Below are positions 27,348 through 32,000 of a stretch of DNA of 32,000 bases, piece by piece. A model generated the notes under the pieces. It was not told the origin of the DNA and searched no databases. It was given only the letters and a program-made list of their open reading frames with translations. The stretch covers positions 480,001 through 512,000 of the forward strand of contig OY969114.1 in NCBI GenBank assembly GCA_963698035.1, in the 5' to 3' direction. Source of the stretch: Candidatus Saccharimonadota bacterium. Its GTDB lineage: Archaea; Micrarchaeota; Micrarchaeia; Micrarchaeales; Micrarchaeaceae. The translations under genes were made by a program, and so were the position numbers. The first letter of the stretch is position 1; every line of letters begins with the position of its first letter.

Positions 27348-28349
27348 TTATACCAATCCCCATGCACGTACAAGGCCTATTGTCGATAGGTAAATAGATT
27401 CGTGTGTGGTTGTAAAGTTTAAGAGATAAAAATCAAGAACCCTAACCGAATACTTTTGTACCATGATACGAGACGCTATCGCTTCAGGGGACTCAACAAG
27501 AGGAATAGAACGAGGAAGCATACGAGTATTGAGTGGTTGCGCTTCAGGGATTACTTTAGGGTACTTGGATACTTCAACATTATACTCGTCGATAATCTCT
27601 TTCCTTCGTGCAAGCCAGTACTTATAAAAGAACCTGTCAAGCTCCCACGAAGACGTTGCAGTAGTACGCAGGTTCTTTGAACTTGTCCCTATATATTTCA
27701 GCTTATCGGATGCAAGGTACATAAGGTCGGACTTTATTTTGCTGTTTGATGGAATCTTGGTATTGAACTGCTTATTTAACTCTGCGACCAGCTTTACCCT
27801 TATTTCCTCTGGGGTCTTTTCCTCTGTAATGCGAACCCGACCTTTTTCTTTTGTCGGTATCTCTTTAGGGTTAAACATACGAAACCCTATCGGCTCTCCT
27901 TTGAGGATAGAGACGATTTGTGTTTGGTACTGAAGAGCGTCGAAGGACATCAACGCTATAATCGAGTGTAAGATACCTGCTTTGATCTCTTTCTTTGTAA
28001 TATACTCCCCGACATAAGAGGTTATCAGAGACATTAATTCTTGATGGTACTTCTTTTCTGAGTGCTTTGTTATTTCTCTTAGCTTTTCTGCAAAATGCAC
28101 GTCAAAAATCTCTTTCTGTATCTGCTCGAGGTACTTTGCGATGTAAGAATATTGTAGCTGGCGCTCTATGGTCTTCGTCGTCATAGGTTGCTTGTTCAAC
28201 AAGAGAATGACCATTACCTCGTATGGTGTTGTTAACGATATAGGAATTGTATCGAGGTCGTTCGACATACCCAGCATCGATTCTTTCTGTAAATTACCGA
28301 CGACAGAGCGGTAAGTGTCCTCGACACGTTCGGCCACAAATATACCCAT
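27348..28349 (-). CDS. Orphan 333-aa protein, possible N-terminal wHTH
   Basis: The only long ORF in an AT-rich stretch. 'TPYEVMVILLLNKQPMTTKTIERQL' resembles a winged-helix recognition segment; the rest is unrecognised. A TATA-like TTTAAATA (minus strand, ~28368-28378) lies upstream of the start. Confidence 0.6.
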   Translation of the reverse strand: MGIFVAERVEDTYRSVVGNLQKESMLGMSNDLDTIPISLTTPYEVMVILLLNKQPMTTKTIERQLQYSYIAKYLEQIQKEIFDVHFAEKLREITKHSEKKYHQELMSLITSYVGEYITKKEIKAGILHSIIALMSFDALQYQTQIVSILKGEPIGFRMFNPKEIPTKEKGRVRITEEKTPEEIRVKLVAELNKQFNTKIPSNSKIKSDLMYLASDKLKYIGTSSKNLRTTATSSWELDRFFYKYWLARRKEIIDEYNVEVSKYPKVIPEAQPLNTRMLPRSIPLVESPEAIASRIMVQKYSVRVLDFYLLNFTTTHESIYLSTIGLVRAWGLV

Positions 28350-28544
28350 GTAGCAATCAACAATAGAATATTTAAACGTTCCTAATAGGCTTTTAATAGG
28401 TAGTCCTGTATAAAGCTAATATACATTATATGGCTAACTGCTATACGGCTTTTACATCCTTACCCTCGAAGTAGGGTATAGCTTTTTATATCTTTATATC
28501 TTTATATATAAGATTGAGTATAGGTTTTTGTATAAACCTAATAG
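28350..28544. promoter_or_regulatory. Divergent control region of the element (promoters/operators, possible origin)
   Basis: AT-rich 195 nt between divergent genes. Contains CCTAATAGG (28381) / TTAATAGG (28393) / CCTAATAGA (28537), GGCTTTTA at 28388 and 28447, the palindrome TACCCT-N6-AGGGTA (28461-28478), and tandem TATATCTT units (28487-28510). Confidence 0.6.
28487..28510. repeat. 8-nt tandem repeat TATATCTT TATATCTT TATATATA (three phased TATA-like boxes)
   Basis: Read directly from the sequence. Ends 35 nt upstream of the RHH gene ATG. Confidence 0.8.
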
Positions 28545-28775
28545 ATGATGGAAATGGAAAACGAAGACCCGAACGCAACCGACGGCCTGAAGACAACCCA
28601 CGTAAAGAAAATCAACCTTACGTCGATATATCTGAACCCATCCCCCGAGCTGAAGTCGTGGATAGCGGAGCAGAAGGCTCGACATGGTGCAACGTTCTCG
28701 GCGCTGGTAAGGGTTGCGCTGGTTGAGAAGATGCACCGGGAGACGACGCCGATAGTGGCGCAGGCGACAGCATGA
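28545..28775 (+). CDS. Ribbon-helix-helix (CopG/Arc/MetJ-type) DNA-binding protein
   Basis: After an acidic N-terminus: beta-strand 'KKINLTSIYLNP', helix 'ELKSWIAEQKARHG', helix 'FSALVRVALVEKM'. Confidence 0.6.
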   Translation: MMEMENEDPNATDGLKTTHVKKINLTSIYLNPSPELKSWIAEQKARHGATFSALVRVALVEKMHRETTPIVAQATA

Positions 28776-28963
28776 CGTACGAAGATTATATTATAAGAGC
28801 GGTTGTAGACGCACTCCCTCGCCTGAGGGACAATAGCAGGCTTACGCCAGCGCACAGGCGTTTCGTGGCGATGGTCGAGGGGTATGTTAATGCAAGGAAG
28901 CAGGACGGGATGATAGCCACGCAGGCTGGAAGGCCTGCTGTCGCTAAAGAGGTTATTGCATGA
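28772..28963 (+). CDS. Orphan small protein (63 aa)
   Basis: ATGA overlap with the upstream RHH gene. No recognisable motif. Confidence 0.45.
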   Translation: MTYEDYIIRAVVDALPRLRDNSRLTPAHRRFVAMVEGYVNARKQDGMIATQAGRPAVAKEVIA

Positions 28964-29124
28964 GATACAGACGCAGACACCAACCACCATCACAGGAGAT
29001 AATCGTGCGGAAGACGTTGCAGACCACAACACAGCGTCCTCAGGTACTCCAGCCTGGAAGCGCCGGTGCGGTGTTTATCGGTAAGGTAAGGCAAAAGATC
29101 CAGGAAGAACAAAAGGCGAGATGA
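28960..29124 (+). CDS. Orphan small basic protein (54 aa)
   Basis: Hand-translated: MRYRRRHQPPSQEIIVRKTLQTTTQRPQVLQPGSAGAVFIGKVRQKIQEEQKAR. ATGA overlap upstream, and its stop is 1 nt before the next ATG. Below the ORF-track cutoff. Confidence 0.35.
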   Translation: MRYRRRHQPPSQEIIVRKTLQTTTQRPQVLQPGSAGAVFIGKVRQKIQEEQKAR

Positions 29125-29125
29125 A

Positions 29126-29578
29126 ATGGAAGCGTGCTATCGATGCGGTTATGTTAATTCTCCTTTGCTGAGTTCAGGCCAGCCGTTTAATTGTATCCGA
29201 TGCGGAGCGCCACTCGGAAGACAGGGATGGCTATCAAAGAACGAACGACCACAGCCGAGACCTCAGAGGGAGGATACCAAAGACGCAGAAAGAGATGACA
29301 AAATGGATGGGATAACGCTTATGCAAGTTCAGGAACAGGGTAAGACGCTGTGGCCGACTGACCTTCAGGTAAAGACTCTGCTATCGCTCGGGGTCTCAAG
29401 AGAAGACATCGAAGGCCTATCTCGTACTGAAGCTGGGGAGCTTATTCGCAAGAAGCTCGAGGAGAAGGGAGCGAGGTATACAGAAATGCTATGGTGTCCC
29501 TTTTGCTCTGAACTGCATCCTGTTCAGCATAGTAAATCGGTACGGGATTTCAAGGAATGGAAAGCGAAACAAAAATAA
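29126..29578 (+). CDS. Orphan zinc-ribbon protein (150 aa)
   Basis: N-terminal 'CYRCGYV...CIRCGAP' zinc ribbon, a charged linker, and a C-terminal 'CPFCSELHPVQH' Cys/His cluster. Confidence 0.5.
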   Translation: MEACYRCGYVNSPLLSSGQPFNCIRCGAPLGRQGWLSKNERPQPRPQREDTKDAERDDKMDGITLMQVQEQGKTLWPTDLQVKTLLSLGVSREDIEGLSRTEAGELIRKKLEEKGARYTEMLWCPFCSELHPVQHSKSVRDFKEWKAKQK

Positions 29579-29590
29579 TCGGCGATAATT

Positions 29591-29773
29591 ATGGATTTGA
29601 ACTTGAAAGGGAAACAGGTTTTAGTAATAATGAAGGACGGCTTCATTAAACATGGTCTACTTCTCGATGCACAGCCGAACTTCGTTGTCCTGCAATTTCA
29701 GGATGGTAAAGAGGAGATAATCAGCTTCAGCACGATTTCTGTAATAAAGGAAAATGGGGGGCGGACACGATGA
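29591..29773 (+). CDS. Sm/Hfq-like fold small protein (60 aa)
   Basis: 'LKGKQVLVIMKDGFIKHGLLLDAQPNFVVLQFQDGKEEIISFSTISVIKE' follows the Sm1/Sm2 strand pattern (compare Hfq '[25 protein letters not shown]...VYKHAISTVVP'). Confidence 0.45.
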   Translation: MDLNLKGKQVLVIMKDGFIKHGLLLDAQPNFVVLQFQDGKEEIISFSTISVIKENGGRTR

Positions 29774-30843
29774 CCATAGACGACGTTATGAAGCAAATAA
29801 GCGAGAGGGGGTACGGGTTCGTAAACCTTTCATACGACCCCAAGATAAATTCCGAATTTCTGGGACTCAAGTATTACCGCCTGCTCCCTGAAAAATTTAA
29901 TGATTATGAGCATCAGCTCCAGCGCCATCGTTTTGATAAGCTGGTAAGCAATAATGGATACGCTCTCGACTCAACCCTCTACTGCATTATGAAGGTCGAC
30001 AACGATTCGCTGAATCGCCTCTGTGCTACTCCTGAGTTCGAGGACTTTACATACACGCTGGGTTTCTTTGACATCCCAGAAGCAGAGTTAAATGACATCG
30101 AGGGACGGAAACAAAATCTTCAGGAAGTCAGAGGTATGTTTAGCAAGCATCACACAATCGAGGAGATAAAATCCGAGATTATCAAATGTTATACCGACCC
30201 TAATAACAAGGGAAGCCACAATCAAGCAATATGGACAAGCCTGCCTCTCGATAGCGTAGAAAAGCGCTCGATAGGGGACACTACAACCTACAAGATAAAG
30301 ATTGCAGGACGGGAGATGGCGCTTACCAGCATGAAGCTCCTCGATTCAAAGAGTTTCAGGGCAAAGTTTCAAGACTTGTTCGGTGTCCAGCTCCCGTTTT
30401 GCAGAACTGAATTATGGTCGATGTTTACCCTTTACATAAATTCGTTAATATGTACCGAAGTAGTCAGAGACACAACAAGCGAGCGGGATATGATCAGAGA
30501 GAATGTAAAGAACCACATCGAAGGGAGTATCGCTGTCCCGACCTATGACGAAGCTATGAATTCATGGAACAGCATAAGGATAGGCGAAGGCGACAACCTC
30601 TACATCTTTCCTAAGCATCTTTTAGAGGGCATTAAAAATCAGGTGGGACGGGAGATAAACGTGAACAACGTTGTCGATGCTATTGCAGATTGGTACATCA
30701 CGTCAACTCCACGCAAGTTAAAGGATAATAAAAAGCAGGTGAGGTTCTGGCGATTAAGGAAGAGCGCCTTTGACCTTTCAGGCATCGCACAGGAAGAGGA
30801 TGACCGACAAGGCGCTTTAATCGAGAGTGGCGAGCATGAATAA
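29770..30843 (+). CDS. Orphan 357-aa protein; tentative primase-polymerase (AEP)-like motifs
   Basis: ATGA overlap upstream and an 8-nt overlap with the helicase gene. Weak AEP-like motifs 'LYCIMKVDND' (hhhDxD), 'NKGSHNQAIW' (sxH), 'LDSVEKRSIGDTTTYKIK'. Not a secure assignment. Confidence 0.5.
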   Translation: MTIDDVMKQISERGYGFVNLSYDPKINSEFLGLKYYRLLPEKFNDYEHQLQRHRFDKLVSNNGYALDSTLYCIMKVDNDSLNRLCATPEFEDFTYTLGFFDIPEAELNDIEGRKQNLQEVRGMFSKHHTIEEIKSEIIKCYTDPNNKGSHNQAIWTSLPLDSVEKRSIGDTTTYKIKIAGREMALTSMKLLDSKSFRAKFQDLFGVQLPFCRTELWSMFTLYINSLICTEVVRDTTSERDMIRENVKNHIEGSIAVPTYDEAMNSWNSIRIGEGDNLYIFPKHLLEGIKNQVGREINVNNVVDAIADWYITSTPRKLKDNKKQVRFWRLRKSAFDLSGIAQEEDDRQGALIESGEHE

Positions 30844-32000
30844 GACAATAATCTATGGTATTGCTGGGTCGGGTAAGACTGCAAAGATAATAGAGCTTAT
30901 CCGTACACGACATCCTGACAGGCTAGGCGAGTGCTGTGTAATCAGCTTCTCAAGGTCGGCTGTACGCAACCTTAGGGAGCGAATAGGGGTAAACAACGCC
31001 AAGGAAGAGTACGACCGCAAGGATTTAGAGGGGTTTAGGACGATTCATAGTATTTGCTCAAGGTTAATGGAGTTGAGCAAAGAAATATTTTTGACAGAGG
31101 GAGACATCGAGAAGTTTATGGAGCAAAAACACATAGATTTCAAACAAGAGGACGAGCTGTACGACGAGCAGAGCGATGGCCAGCGCCTTCTTTCATTAAT
31201 CGACTACATAAGACACACGCAAGTAAAAAGCATAGATAACTTGAGCGCCAGAGACCTGCATCTTCAGATAGGGTACTATCTGGCGCAGTATGGCCACTTC
31301 GACAAAATCATAGCGGACGTTCAGATAATTCGAGACTTGATACAAGCATACGAGGACTATAAGAAAGAAATCGGTAAGCTCGACTATACTGACATCCTGT
31401 TATTGTACCTAAGCAATCCCGTACAAACAGGGTATAAAGTTCTTGTAGTAGACGAGTTTCAAGACATGAGTCCGCTTATCTACAAGATCATAAAAACATT
31501 CGAGCAGGGAGCGGACTACGTTTACTACGCTGGCGACCCGAATCAAGCAATCTATACATGGATGGGAGCTGACCCCCACTTCCTAATAGACGAGATAAAG
31601 GATGCTGACGAAGAGATACTGCTCAATAAGTCGCATAGAGTAGCGGATAAGGTCTATGTTGTCGCAAAGGATACCATAAACAGCAACTCGAGGGACAAGA
31701 TAGATTTTGAAATAGAGTGTGTAAACAAAGGGGATGTAAAAAGGATTTCTGAAGACGATGTGGTCAGCATAGCGAAGACGACAGGCGCTTCAGGGACGAC
31801 CTACATACTGGCTCGTACCAACTGGATGAAGAGACGCATACTAAAGGCGCTTATGCAAGAGGGGGTCGAATTTTCAGAGATAAGCGGAAATAAGGTATGG
31901 ACAATTAAGTTAATCAACATAACCAACGCTCTCTTATCGATAAAGAACGGGACAGCGCTCAAAATCGACTGGCTGAAGGCCTTTATCGATGTAGTACCAT
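30836..32000 (+). CDS. UvrD/Rep/PcrA-like superfamily 1 helicase (partial; runs off the window)
   Basis: Hand-translated open frame from the ATG at 30836 with no stop to 32000. It is absent from the ORF track. Walker A 'YGIAGSGKT', motif II 'VLVVDEFQD', motif III 'AGDPNQAIYTW', motif IV-like 'NKSHR'. Confidence 0.85.
   Translation, partial: MNKTIIYGIAGSGKTAKIIELIRTRHPDRLGECCVISFSRSAVRNLRERIGVNNAKEEYDRKDLEGFRTIHSICSRLMELSKEIFLTEGDIEKFMEQKHIDFKQEDELYDEQSDGQRLLSLIDYIRHTQVKSIDNLSARDLHLQIGYYLAQYGHFDKIIADVQIIRDLIQAYEDYKKEIGKLDYTDILLLYLSNPVQTGYKVLVVDEFQDMSPLIYKIIKTFEQGADYVYYAGDPNQAIYTWMGADPHFLIDEIKDADEEILLNKSHRVADKVYVVAKDTINSNSRDKIDFEIECVNKGDVKRISEDDVVSIAKTTGASGTTYILARTNWMKRRILKALMQEGVEFSEISGNKVWTIKLINITNALLSIKNGTALKIDWLKAFIDVVP

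Larger units (their letters stand above)
25831..32000. mobile_element. Integrated plasmid/provirus-like element at the 3' end of tRNA-Asn; right boundary beyond the window
   Basis: An intact tyrosine integrase lies 61 nt after the tRNA and is followed only by orphan, zinc-ribbon, RHH and helicase genes. Spot GC counts are lower than in the core region. Downstream genes show tight ATGA-type coupling. Confidence 0.75.

Noticed and set aside
28494-29032. Minus-strand ORFs (80, 164 and 65 aa) and the alternative plus-frame ORF at 28514-28726 overlapping the RHH/small-ORF region
   Set aside because: They overlap a co-directional, translationally coupled gene string, have Cys/Ser/Arg-rich odd composition, and lack an upstream promoter context.
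25831-32000. Search for an attR copy of the tRNA-Asn 3' end inside the window
   Set aside because: No copy of GGTTCAATCCCTGCTTCGGGCG or a long sub-string was seen by eye. 'CCAATCCCCATGC' at ~27354 is only a weak partial match inside a coding region. The right end is presumably beyond 32000.
1-32000. CRISPR arrays, rRNA genes, IS elements/transposases
   Set aside because: No regularly spaced direct repeats, rRNA-like sequence or transposase motifs (DDE/HUH) were noticed anywhere in the window.

Overview
The window is an archaeal chromosome segment. Evidence for this is MCM, aIF5A, ribosomal proteins S8e/S24e/S27ae, Rpo7 and Spt4, fibrillarin, an archaeal-type GluRS, and a class III (archaeal pilin) signal peptide. 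Two FtsZ paralogs plus SepF indicate an FtsZ-dividing lineage (Euryarchaeota/DPANN-like rather than Cdv-based). I cannot name the organism. Positions 1-25.8 kb are densely packed core genes for replication, translation, transcription and division. Interspersed are surface proteins rich in N-glycosylation sequons and a cytoplasmic two-component pair. The response regulator of that pair carries a degenerate GGDEF-like output domain and sits directly upstream of a pilin-like gene. At 25759-25830 there is a tRNA-Asn(GUU). An intact tyrosine integrase starts 61 nt after it and opens an accessory island of lower apparent GC that runs off the right edge of the window. The island holds small zinc-ribbon ORFs, a divergent 333-aa orphan, a repeat-rich control region and a tightly coupled operon. 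That operon encodes an RHH protein, small orphans, an Sm/Hfq-like 60-mer, a 357-aa orphan and a UvrD-like SF1 helicase. This integrated element is the best candidate for something undescribed. Separately, three conserved genes (FtsZ paralog 2, GluRS, and the Fcf1-like PIN gene upstream of rpo7) have their homology split across reading frames or lack a canonical start. This points to assembly indels or, less likely, real frameshifts. No CRISPR array, rRNA gene or transposase was seen.
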